Part shown: positions 35,957 through 46,898 of the stretch, in pieces | Position numbering within the stretch: the stretch's first letter is position 1 | Layout: each line of letters opens with the position of its first letter | Assembly (NCBI GenBank): GCA_027923505.1 | Contig: BROI01000007.1 | Location: forward strand, 496,001-560,000 | Direction: 5' to 3' | DNA: 64,000 bases | Source: Mayamaea pseudoterrestris | Lineage: Eukaryota | The notes under the pieces: model-generated | Seen by the model: the letters and a program-made list of their open reading frames with translations, nothing else | Told to the model about the DNA's origin: nothing | The model's database searches: none | Program-made: the position numbers and the translations under genes

Positions 35957-37393
35957 ATGTCTACAAGGATCATGACGAGAACGAAAAGCAAGTCGTCGCT
36001 CCAAGATCCTCCTCGCATAGTTTTGCGGAATCTCCCCTTTAATCAGTCAAGAAATATTCTTCAGGTGGAGCACGATGAAGGTTTTCGAATGTCGCGTTTA
36101 TTGCGGCACGATCTGTTTCACGTGTTGCTTGGTCTGCCGACCGTCACGACAATGGTGTTGCTTGCATGCCTCTGGACGGCAAATTGTTTGTTCTTTGCTG
36201 CCATCATTTACGCAGTCGACCCCGACGAGGCTGGAACGGACTGCAGACTTCGATCATACGACAAACCGATTCTTTATGCGACGGCTTTTGCTCAGTCAAT
36301 TCAGACAGCGTCTGGCGTTGGATACACGTAAGTGCCATCTGGCTCACCTTCGCTGTGTATTCAATGTATCGGTATGAAGATCTCACAAGTATATATTCAA
36401 ACCTTGCTTCATTTCAGCCTTCCCGTCGCTGTTAATTCCTACTATGCGCATTGTCCCAAGCTTCAAATAGCTACTTATTTTGAAATGTCAGTCTCCATGC
36501 TGATCGTTGCCTTTATCATTTCCATTCTCATTGCCCGCATGAAGAACGCGGCTCGCCGCGCAGTGCAACTCGTCTTTGCCAAAAAAGCCGTTGTCTCCGT
36601 TGTGAATGGACAGACTCGCCTCCAAATTCGAGCCTTTGACATTAATGCCCGGCACCCCATCGTTGGTGCTCATGTGCGGCTGTATGCCGTCACCAAGGAT
36701 CGACCAGTACCTCGCCGCCTTCGGCTTCTACAGCCAAACGATGTCACGGGCGGTCATCTTTTTCTATCGCTTCCTCTAGTTGTGAGCCACCATATTGATC
36801 TATACAGCATTTTGCATTCACCGCGACCAGATAATCCTCTCTTGAGACACAGCCATGGAATGGATTTGAGACAGGCTGACTCAGCCACTTGCAATCGGGA
36901 CGACGTTGTCTGCCGCATTTGCAGCGAGACGTTTGGTACGCACGAAATATGGGTCCGACATGTGCAGTACAAAAAGATTGCCGAAAGCGTGGCCGGTGTT
37001 TCGACCAAGAGGAGTCACCTTGGCGTTGGACAAGTTGAGCTTGATTTAAACAGCTACAAGCCCACTACGAACTTAAGCATTTTGAAGACTCATTTTGAGC
37101 AAGAAATCAGTGAAATCATTTGCGTGGTGGAAGGCATTGATCCATTGACATCGGGTGCGTTTAGCGCCATGCACACTTATCGAGCGTCAGATATTGTCTG
37201 GGAAGAGCATGCTGCGTTCCACCCTTGCATCAGTGCTGATTCTGGTACCTATAAAGTTGATTTGGACCGCTTTCATGAGATTGTCAACGTGCCCTCTGCT
37301 AGTCGCCAGCATCAAGTTTCGACGCGAGTGCACGACTCATTCTTTTTCAATGAGAACCGAGAGTTGAAAGCAGTTTCCATGTTGCCTCAGTAA
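35957..37393 (+). CDS. Inward-rectifier (Kir-like) channel paralog 2, 2 exons (intron 36328-36417)
   Basis: Same Kir motifs; spliced pore reads QTASGVGYTLP. Confidence 0.87.
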
Positions 37394-37655
37394 CTAACAT
37401 GGCTCGTCTCTTGTTTCATTTAATTTTTGACCTGAAATGTTGTGTATTATGTCGGCATTCGCATTATATGAATACGATGCTCCTTAAAAGCAGGCGTTCG
37501 TTTTGTTAGGAAGTATAACCATAGCTAAAAGATACACACTGCGACACTTGTTCGGAGTGTTGATTCGCGACGATGGCGCGCCAATCGACCTCGAGGCGTT
37601 TTGGCCGTCCCTCGTCAAAACCATGGGAATCTGTCGCCACAAGCATTAAGTTTCG

Positions 37656-39068
37656 ATGATTCCAATGAGATGGAGAGCGAATGACATACAGACTGATAAG
37701 GTGGATGATCTGCCTCGTCTTGTACGGCGAAATCTTCCCTTCAATCAGTCTGACAATGCGATCCAAGTTCTTCACAACCAAGGAATCAAGATACTGCGGC
37801 TGACGTCCTACGATTATTTCCACGTTTTGCTTCGCTATTCCTTGGCACAGATTTTAATCTTGCTTATTTTTCTGTGGACAATCAACATTTTGTTTTTCGC
37901 TGGCGTTTACGTTTCCATCGATCCCCATGAAAGCGGAAGCTGTGGACTCGGATTGAATGGGCAGCCCATCACTTGGGCGACAGCGTGGGGATTTTCTCTA
38001 CAAACCGCCACAACTGTAGGTTACACATTGCCTAATTCTGTTAATGGATATTTTGAGAATTGTCCATCGCTACAAACTGCAGTCTTTTTCCAAACGACCT
38101 TTTCGCTATTGTTCAACGCCTGCCTCATCGCCATTGTCACTGGACGCATTGCCAACAGCAGTCTCCGAGCAATCCAAGTGATCTTTTCTGATAAAGCCAT
38201 CGTATCCGTCATGGCTGGCCAAGTGCGATTGCAGATTCGAGTCTTTGACGCCGACGCTCGCCATCCAGTGGTCGAAGCGCATGTTCGATTGTACGCCGTC
38301 ATGAAGGACAAGCCAGTGCCACGTCCATTGCGTCTCATTCAACCGAACGATGATCAAGGTGCCAAAATGTTACTCTCTCTGCCACAAGTGATTTGCCATC
38401 ACATTGACTTGTACAGCTTGCTGCATCCACCCAAGCCTGATAATCCTACGAACGCTGTTCGAAATGGATTGGATTTGCGCCAAGCCGATTCCTTGACATG
38501 TACTCGGGAGGAAGTTGTATGTCCAGTCTGCAGTGAAACATATGGAACGTTTGAGCGCTGGGTTCGGCACGTTCAGTTTAATCAAATTGTGGAACGTGAG
38601 GATGAAATTCCAGTCAAGGGATCTCACCTTGAAGTTAAACCAGAGGAGCTCAATTTGAACAGGTACAAGCCGAGCAGCAATTTGCATGCCATGCAAACTC
38701 ATTTTGAACAAGAAGTGAGCGAGGTTATTTGCGTTGTGGAAGGGATTGATCCATTGACTTCGGGCTCTTTTGCTGCAGTTCACAGCTACCGAAAGGAAGA
38801 CATTTTCTGGCAAAATGGCGCAGTCTTCCATCCATGTATCAGTGCCGAAGCAGACAGCTACACGGTCGACCTTGATCGGTTTCACGAAATCATAACAAAA
38901 TCTGGTGGCAGGCAGCAGCAACTTTCTATCCGCCCTCACGACATGTTCTTTGCAATTGAACGGCGTCCCAACCTTAGCAGCCTGCTTCGCCAGGGCCACG
39001 CAATGACGAGAAACGTTCCTTCAATCCGTCGCCCTTTTGCACCGAACATGATGAGCCCCAGGCGGTAG
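37656..39068 (+). CDS. Inward-rectifier (Kir-like) channel paralog 3, intronless over the channel region
   Basis: Same Kir motifs; pore QTATTVGYTLP. Start codon uncertain. Confidence 0.9.
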   Translation: MIPMRWRANDIQTDKVDDLPRLVRRNLPFNQSDNAIQVLHNQGIKILRLTSYDYFHVLLRYSLAQILILLIFLWTINILFFAGVYVSIDPHESGSCGLGLNGQPITWATAWGFSLQTATTVGYTLPNSVNGYFENCPSLQTAVFFQTTFSLLFNACLIAIVTGRIANSSLRAIQVIFSDKAIVSVMAGQVRLQIRVFDADARHPVVEAHVRLYAVMKDKPVPRPLRLIQPNDDQGAKMLLSLPQVICHHIDLYSLLHPPKPDNPTNAVRNGLDLRQADSLTCTREEVVCPVCSETYGTFERWVRHVQFNQIVEREDEIPVKGSHLEVKPEELNLNRYKPSSNLHAMQTHFEQEVSEVICVVEGIDPLTSGSFAAVHSYRKEDIFWQNGAVFHPCISAEADSYTVDLDRFHEIITKSGGRQQQLSIRPHDMFFAIERRPNLSSLLRQGHAMTRNVPSIRRPFAPNMMSPRR

Positions 39069-39874
39069 TGGGTCACAAATTTAGATGATAGAATTAAGAT
39101 AAACTAACTCGTTGCAACTGTGTGGGTTGTGGCCTCTATGGCATTGACTTACTGTTAATGAGTCATGCACGGCATCCTATTCAGCTATTGTATCCTATAC
39201 TATCTATATGATGATCTTCCAATTGAGCTTGTGGAATAGAGTCTCTCGTTAACTGTAAAGTAGCTATCTCAATGACACTGAATTGCGTGCTACGGTAGCT
39301 GTCTCGACGACCAATGCCGAAAGGTCCATCCGTCACCCGTCGAAGAAACGAGTCACGGTGGTCCGGGTTCTTTTTGCGCGCGCGGCGGCTATGGGTCAGC
39401 CATGTTGTGAGCGCGCTGCTCGCGGAGGACACAATTCGGCGCTCTCGCAACTTGATCCAACTCACTTTGTTTGGATCAATTGGAATTTTGGAAAACGTAT
39501 TCATACGACTCCTTCAATAGATCGACAAGGCGTGGTATGTGAATTGAGTATAATGAGTGAAACATCGTGGAAGGAGTGGAGGAGTTAATCGAGAACGAGA
39601 GGATTTTGCTGAACGCAGGGCCTCGTAGGAATTGTACGGGTGCCACGCTCGCAGTCCATCATGCATGTTTTGGAATCCCAACAGTCAAGAATGCTTGGAT
39701 ATGTTTTAGTCCTTGCGCTACTGATAGTTTTGCTGATATTGTAATCTACATACGTAGACTGTTTCTTGACACTGAAATCGTACTTTGTGATTACAAGTTC
39801 CACTCACGAAATAGTTTGGGATTTCATTGCCTCACATTTTGCTCTCACTCTTTTTTCACAACAGAACATTAGAC

Positions 39875-42800
39875 ATGTCTGGCTTTGCTGCTAGCTTATC
39901 CGGGTATGGCGAGGACTCCGAGCTTCAGCGCCAGTTTGATGAGTATCAGCGCGGAAACCCAGGCATTAGCATGGGGATGCCTCCAGGGCCTCCTCTTCCA
40001 GACTACTACCATCAGCAGCAGCACCATCATCTTTCTCGCGTTCCTTCGGGCGCAAGCGGAAGCTCTCCACCTACGCATTCTACTCCCTACGTGCCGCAGA
40101 ATTATGGTCCTCCCATGGGCCATACATCTTCGCCAACCATGTCTTCAAGTCCCCTTATGATGGCGCAAGGAATGCCGCCGTACGCTACACATCACCAACC
40201 TCCTACCATGCTCGCTTACGCTAACATGCAGCCAAATTATTCACCTTCACACATGCATTATCAAGTTGCAGCTCCGCCTGGCGTGGTGGTTAGTAATTAT
40301 TCTTATCCGCCACCTCCAATGCCGCCTGGTGGCTCACCGATTACAGAGGAGGATTTGATTGATAGGCAAAACATTGATTCGCCGGAAGGAATTGCTGCCC
40401 TGTATTCGCAGCCCGAACCATTGACTCATCCGCGCGCTCCCAAAGCTACAACAACCATGGAGCAGATTCAAATTATGCAGGAAGCCTTCAAGCGCGAGCA
40501 AGATTCATCGCGTCGCCGGCACCAGTCAGCCTATGCCGAAGCGGCAGCCCGTCGGGCAGTGCGCATGGGAAACAAACCAGAGTATGGCGGAGGTGGTAAT
40601 TCAATGGGAAGTTTACAGTCATCGGCATCCGCCTCGCCCACGTCATCGGCGGGGAGTTTGCAAAGCTCTGGCGCAGCAGGGCAGTATGGGTTTGGCGCAG
40701 CAACACTAAGTAGTCAGCATCCACCTCAAGCTGCGACCACGACTACCAACAGTGTCAATGACCCCAAGGCGCGCCTCCCAACTATTGTTACCAAGCGCAG
40801 AGACGCAGCCGTTTTGGATCAGGATGAGCATGGCCGAATGATTGTTAGATACACGGACAGTGACGCAGTTTTCTACATTGGCAGCGCCCCACTCGGCGTG
40901 GAAGATGACAAGTATTGGTTGTCCGAGCTTCAAGTCTACTTGCGATCCAACTTTGCGGAAGCATTTTCGGCCAGCGAGGACGACATTGCTGTATTGATGC
41001 ATGGAAGAAACAAGCCAATTTCACTTGGACAGATTGGAATTCGTTGTCGATGGTGCAAGCACGACAGTCCGGCCGAACGCGGTCAGCAGGCGACGAGTTA
41101 TCCGTCACTTATTAGTGGAATTTACAATTCGGTACAGCAAATGCTTCGCTTGCATCTGGATAGTTGTTTATCCATGCCTCACGATGTTCGCGACAAGATT
41201 GAGTATCTCAAGCTATCCTGCAGCAGCCGAGGCGGTCGCAAGCAGTACTGGATTGACTCGGCCAGGCGCATTGGGTTGACTGATACTCCAACTGGCATTC
41301 ATTTTGTTCGAGACCCAGATGAACCGCTGCCTCCTCTTTCAGGGCCAAGTGTGGCGGCGAGGGATGCGACGGCTCTGCGCAAGAAGCGTCCTCCGGTGGC
41401 ATCGTATACAACAAACAATGTGCCACGGCTCAAGACGGCCCCAAGCAAGGCGAGACCTTTTATCCAGGATGAAAACTATGAAGACGAATATTCTGGTCGT
41501 ATAATGGATATTAACATGCCGTCTCAGCCGCCCAAGGATGCAGCTCCACTTGTTTTCCCTGAGGACAAACCGCTGATCTCCGACTATTTGTATCTGACTA
41601 TGGAGCAAATGGCGCTTTGCAATTTAATGGAAGCCGATCGCGTAGGCTGCTACAAGACTCGGAAGGTTGGTTTTCCAGGAATTGCGTGTCGTCATTGTGT
41701 TGGACAGGCTGGTTGTGGACGCTATTTTCCAGCTTCGGAAGCGTCTTTGTCGCAGACGACCACGTCGCAGACTATTTTAAATCATGTACGGAACTGTCGA
41801 CGCTGCCCTGCCCATATTCGAGACGAGTTAGAGATTATGAAGCGTGAACGCACCGGTCCAGATGGAAAGCGGCATGAAAAGCCGAAGCATGGAGGCCGCA
41901 AGGTCTTCTTCCATCGCCTGTGGTGTCGCATTCAAGGTTTGGACATTGATGACGAGGAGGAGGGCGAAGGAAGCTGTGAGGATGAGCCTGAACCCAGAAG
42001 CAGCATGAAAAAGGGACGACGCAAGAATGACGAGGACTACAGCTTCGATGAACTGTCGTGTAATGTGGAAACATCACATAGCGACTCGATTGATTATGGC
42101 TTATCGTCGGAAAAGGCGAAAGGCAAGCGCAGCAGCCCACGCAGCACGAGGAATTCGAGCAGCGCAAGTAAGGCAAGCAGCACAGATACTGAATCATGGG
42201 TACACGGATGTGTTCGCTTAACAAAAGCTGACGACAGTCATTGGTTGTCAGAGATGGAATGTTTTGCTCGCACTGAACTTGTTGAAGTATTCAGCTACAC
42301 GAGAGACGACTCTCTTCAAGGTTATTCTGGTCGAAAGCTACCAAGCGAGGGCCAGGTCGGGGTCAGATGCGTTTATTGCAAGGATCTCGATCCGAACCAG
42401 CGAATGAACGGCTGCGTCATTTTTCCAGACTCGCTTGAATCACTCCATTCAAAAGTGGCGGACATGATACGTTTGCATTTCCCGAGCTGCGGTTCTCTTC
42501 CTGACAATGTTCGTCAGACTTTTAAGTCGCTTCGTGGATTCGACGCGAAGGTATCGACGGAAGATTCCCATCATTACTGGATTGACGCTGCTGTTGATAT
42601 TGGGCTTTCGGGCGAGTCTACTGGCGGCACTGGTACATGGGGCATTTCCTTCCGCAGGAATCCACTTGAACCTAGTCCCGCCGATGAACTTGATATGGAA
42701 CCGACCAATGGTCGATGGGCAGGGTCGGCGAGGAACTTTCTAGTTATGAACGACGATCGTGGTACTTGCACCGATCAAGTCATCTTGCTAATGCGGCAGG

Positions 42801-43554
42801 TCCAGCCTTGTCGGTTCGGAGGCGCGGACAAGCGCGGCTCAGCGTCACGCGGGCGTGCTCGTGTCATGTAAGTTATTCTACTCGTCTCAGCCTGTAATTG
42901 TGTTTTGCATTTCCTCACTCTTGTCCACTCATTTATATCATCAAAGTGGCTTCCCTGGAATCTGTTGCAAGCATTGCAATGGACACAGCAGTCAAGGTAA
43001 GTTCCAACTCCAATTGAGTTCTAGAAATAAAAGTTGCTGCCACAGTTTCTCACTTTCGTTTTACAGGTCGTTACTTTCCACCTTCGGCCAAGAATTTAAC
43101 TGATAGCACGGTGAATTCGATGTTGACGCATGTAATGTCCTGCATCCACTGCCCCTTCCCAGTTCGAGCTTCGCTGGCATATCTGGGACATCGGGCTATT
43201 CAGCAAAAAGCTGATTTGGGTGGTGGCTGGAAGAAGAATTTCTTCCAACGAGTATGGGATCGTTTGCATGTCAGCATGGAGTGGACCGCGGCCGAGGGAA
43301 ATTTCGGATTGCCTGCGAGTCACAATAAAGTCAGCGAGTATGGCGAAGATGACGGACCGCTCGACCCCCATGATGATGGCGGCGAAGCGCAGGGTGAATC
43401 AGGCGACCAAATGAATGCGTTAATTAAGGCTGCCGCCATCTGGTTGACGGAGCAAGACGGTAGCAAACCCCGCAGTAAGCGAATCAACCCTGGCTCACCG
43501 GATTCTGCGGATGATAATGAAGGCTCTGGTAATAAGAGGCGCAGAGCTGTTTGA
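39875..43554 (+). CDS. Protein with repeated Cys/His modules (G.RC..C...H...C...P) of a diatom-type family, 3 exons (introns 42868-42946 and 42997-43066)
   Basis: Modules WLSE...EAF..GQIGIRCRWC..H...C, GFPGIACRHC..GRYFP..NHVRNC, WLSE..EVF..GQVGVRCVYC..HFPSC and GFPGICCKHC..GRYFP..HVMSC. Splices restore the frame. Confidence 0.8.
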
Positions 43555-43780
43555 GTGCGTTTATATCAACATGCATGTACTGTATATAAAAAATTGGATG
43601 CCAGCTTACAATCTTCGTTTGTCATAAGGCAGTAGACTTGCTACCTAGCTTCAAACTCCGGACAGTTTTCCATTGTAAAAGCTAGACTATTAAAGTTAAC
43701 CTTTTGTTTCTTCTAAAAGAGTTACTTGACTACCGGTAGCTTTAACTACCGGTCGTCGAGAAGTACTATTGTTCACCAAC

Positions 43781-44626
43781 TTAAATCTTCTTCTCAGGAG
43801 CAAGTCCATCAACAGTTAAACCCTTCTTCTTCATGCCCCATCCCTTTTCGCCTCCGTATTGTCCTTGCTTGACAACATCAGGGACAGGCCAGATGCTTCC
43901 AGATTAGCCCATGTTGAAACCGCCCATGGGAACTTCGTCCGTCGAGAGCTGATCGGCGTAAAAGATGCCGCCACTGCCAACCAATCGTGGGTAGCCGTAC
44001 TTTTTGAGCCAGTCTCCTCGAATTTCAGCTCCCTTTCCACCAAGCACTCCCTTTTTGGAGACTCGCGCGGCTTCAATCGCCTTGAGCTTTTCCTTTTGAC
44101 GAGCTGCGTTGTTAGACGTAGCGGTGAAGCCAAGAGCTTCCCAGATGGATGCAACCTTGGGAGGTCCCAAGTATGTCTTTCCAATGAGTGGCAAATTGAT
44201 CGTGAAGGATGGAAGGTTGAAGAGCGGACCAACCTCGTCGGCTTCCTTATTGGTGCGGTTCAATCTGTAGCGAAGACCATCCTTGTTCAAACGCTTCTCG
44301 AGGCCAGCCTCACTGATGCATTCGTTACCTGCCCATTCGTCGTCGAACGAAAATTTGGTGCCCTTTAGGAAACCAAAGTCTGCGGTTATCAAATTAAACA
44401 TGTATAATTAGTATGGTATATGGAAAATAATGAATAAGAATAAAATTTGAATCATATTCTAATGCAACTCACCTTCCATCTTCATCACAGATCCAGCATT
44501 GTGTTGCGAGCTAGCAGCTTGCACCTGCTTGGGTTGTGACAGCTGTCTTAGAGAGCTGCGGCTGACCGAGTAGGCATCCGCCGAGCCAGCGGCAAGAAAG
44601 AGAGCAGCAGCGGCCGTAACCTTCAT
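43781..44626 (-). CDS. Plastid-targeted protein of unknown function, 2 exons (intron 44380-44472), with in-frame TAA at 43904-43906
   Basis: MKVTAAAALFLAAGSADA-YSV bipartite leader; splice gives MKME-DFGFLKG. The frame continues 40 sense codons after the TAA. Confidence 0.75.
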
Positions 44627-44994
44627 GGTGGAGTAGTGTGAATGGAAGGGTTGCTGACCAAGGGAGCAGTACCGGTAGCAGCAACCACCGCGATCCTGCC
44701 TCGCACGTCAGTCTTCCTGCGAAGGAGCACAGGCGCCTTCATCTAATATCGGACCGGTACTCATCGTTCAAAATTTCGAGAAAACGGATCTCCTAGAAGT
44801 TGAAGTAACGCCATCGTCGTGAGCATCAATTTGCGTTCGGTTTGGAACCTTAAACTGACAGTCTGCTGAAGCATTTCAGACTGTACAAAGGGTACTTTGG
44901 CTTATTGTAGCCTATAAGTGTTTGAATCTGTGAACAATCTACCGTGTGACTGGCCTACTAAGATTCAGAAGATTCAACTCAACGCCAAGGCATC

Positions 44995-46672
44995 ATGTTT
45001 TCACGCGTCGGCATTTTGTTTCTTTTACTCACTTCGACATGCACAAACTTTGGAATAGCATTCACTCAAGCACGACTAATAAACAGACTATCACTGGTTC
45101 ATCGAGGGGGTAGTACAGAGACAATATCGCAAGAAACGCGGACGAATCGAGAGGAAACGGAATACTACGATGCGGGTCAAGTAACTCTACAAGATCCAGC
45201 GCAAGTAAGTTAATAATAATTGGATTTATGATTGAAAGTGGAGACTTGAATTCAATGTATACTAAATGTCATTTTACTTTCGACTCCAGAGTCGAGGACC
45301 TCTTCGTATACTTTTTCTCAGTTCGGACACGGGCGGTGGCCATCGAGCATCAGCAGAATCGCTGGCTAAACAATTTCAAACTCATTACCCTGGTTCGACT
45401 TACAATTTGCTCGATGTATGGAGCGAGGACGGCGTTTGGCCTTACAAAACACTCGTCGAGTCCTACAAACACTTGTCGGCACATCCTCGTCAATGGCAGT
45501 TTTTATATCATCTGTCCAACACACTGCCATGGGAGATACTGACGGATCTACACTCGCGCATTACTTGTGAACGAAGGATCCGAAAACGAATTGCAACCTA
45601 CAATCCTGATGTCATTGTTTCCGTGCATCCAGCCATGCAATACACTCCTCTTGTGGCAGCGCGAAAATTAAGCAAGGCCACTGGGAAAAAGATTCCATTC
45701 TTCACCGTCGTGACCGATTTGGGTGCTGCACACTGCACGTGGTTTCAAAAGAAACCGGACAAAATGTACGTGGCGTCGGAGCGGATTCGAAAACTAGCCA
45801 AGCGACGTGGACGGACCCCTGACGAAAGAATTGTCATGACTGGGTTGCCGATTCGACCAGAGTTCGCAATACAGGCTGAAAAAATGGGAGATCGCACCTG
45901 TGTGGAGGGCCAAGCATATCGTAAAAAGATCAAAGAGATGCTGAATTTGGATCCAGATCGTCCCGTCGTCCTTCTCATGGGAGGGGGTGAAGGGGTTGGC
46001 AACTTGGACAAGCTTGTCGATGAATTGTACTATGATTTTGTAAAGCAAGGCGTCGATGCTACTGTTTGCGTCATTTGTGGACGTAATATTAAACTCGAGC
46101 AGGGTCTAACCGAGAGAAACTGGGACGCTGTATTGAAAGGCGATCATAAGAAGCTAAAGAAGCGACACTTTCTTAAACGCTTGTTTCGGCGGAACCGCAG
46201 CAAGCGCATGGAGGAAGCAATGGATCGTAGTCTTGATCAGCAGGACGAACCCCGTCCAAAGGGAAAAGTCGCAGTTGTTGGTTTGGGCTTTGTTTCAAAT
46301 ATCGCCGACTACATGGTCGCTGCTGATATACTTGTGTCGAAGGCTGGACCCGGGACGATCGCCGAGGCAGCGGCGGTGGGACTTCCGGTAATGCTCACGA
46401 GCTTTCTACCCGGCCAGGAAGCTGGCAACGTCGACTTTGTGATCGAGCACCGCTTTGGTGATTTTATCTCAGCAAAGGAGCCGGAAGAAATGGCCCAGGA
46501 AGTGACTAGTTGGCTGCAAGACCAAGAGCTCATGGTGAACATGAGCAAGGCAGCTCAGCGAACTGGACAACCTACGGCCGCCGCAGATATTGTTCACGAC
46601 ATTGGAGCTATTACTCATACATGGATGGCTTTGAATGGTGCGGTGGAGTTGGACATGTCAAAGGTAAACTAA
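44995..46672 (+). CDS. MGD: Monogalactosyldiacylglycerol synthase, 2 exons (intron 45205-45289)
   Basis: SDTGGGHRASAE, SVHP, TVVTDL, GLPIR, MGGGEG, KAGPGTIAEA, PGQEAGNV. Signal peptide followed by IA-F. Confidence 0.95.
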
Positions 46673-46898
46673 GATACCGCGTCGAGAATCGCCCGACAAA
46701 CGAGCGCGCGCCAGCGTTTTTTGCACATCATATTGCTCAAGGTTGTTAACTCTAGTAATGCATATATGATTCTTTAGCTGGCTTGTACCGTTCCCTTTGC
46801 CGTATGCACTGGCGTGGCGAGCTACTCAACAGTTATAAAATGTGACATAAAAGCAAACTATCCCCTTAAATCGCGTCACATACATTTTTTACTAACAG

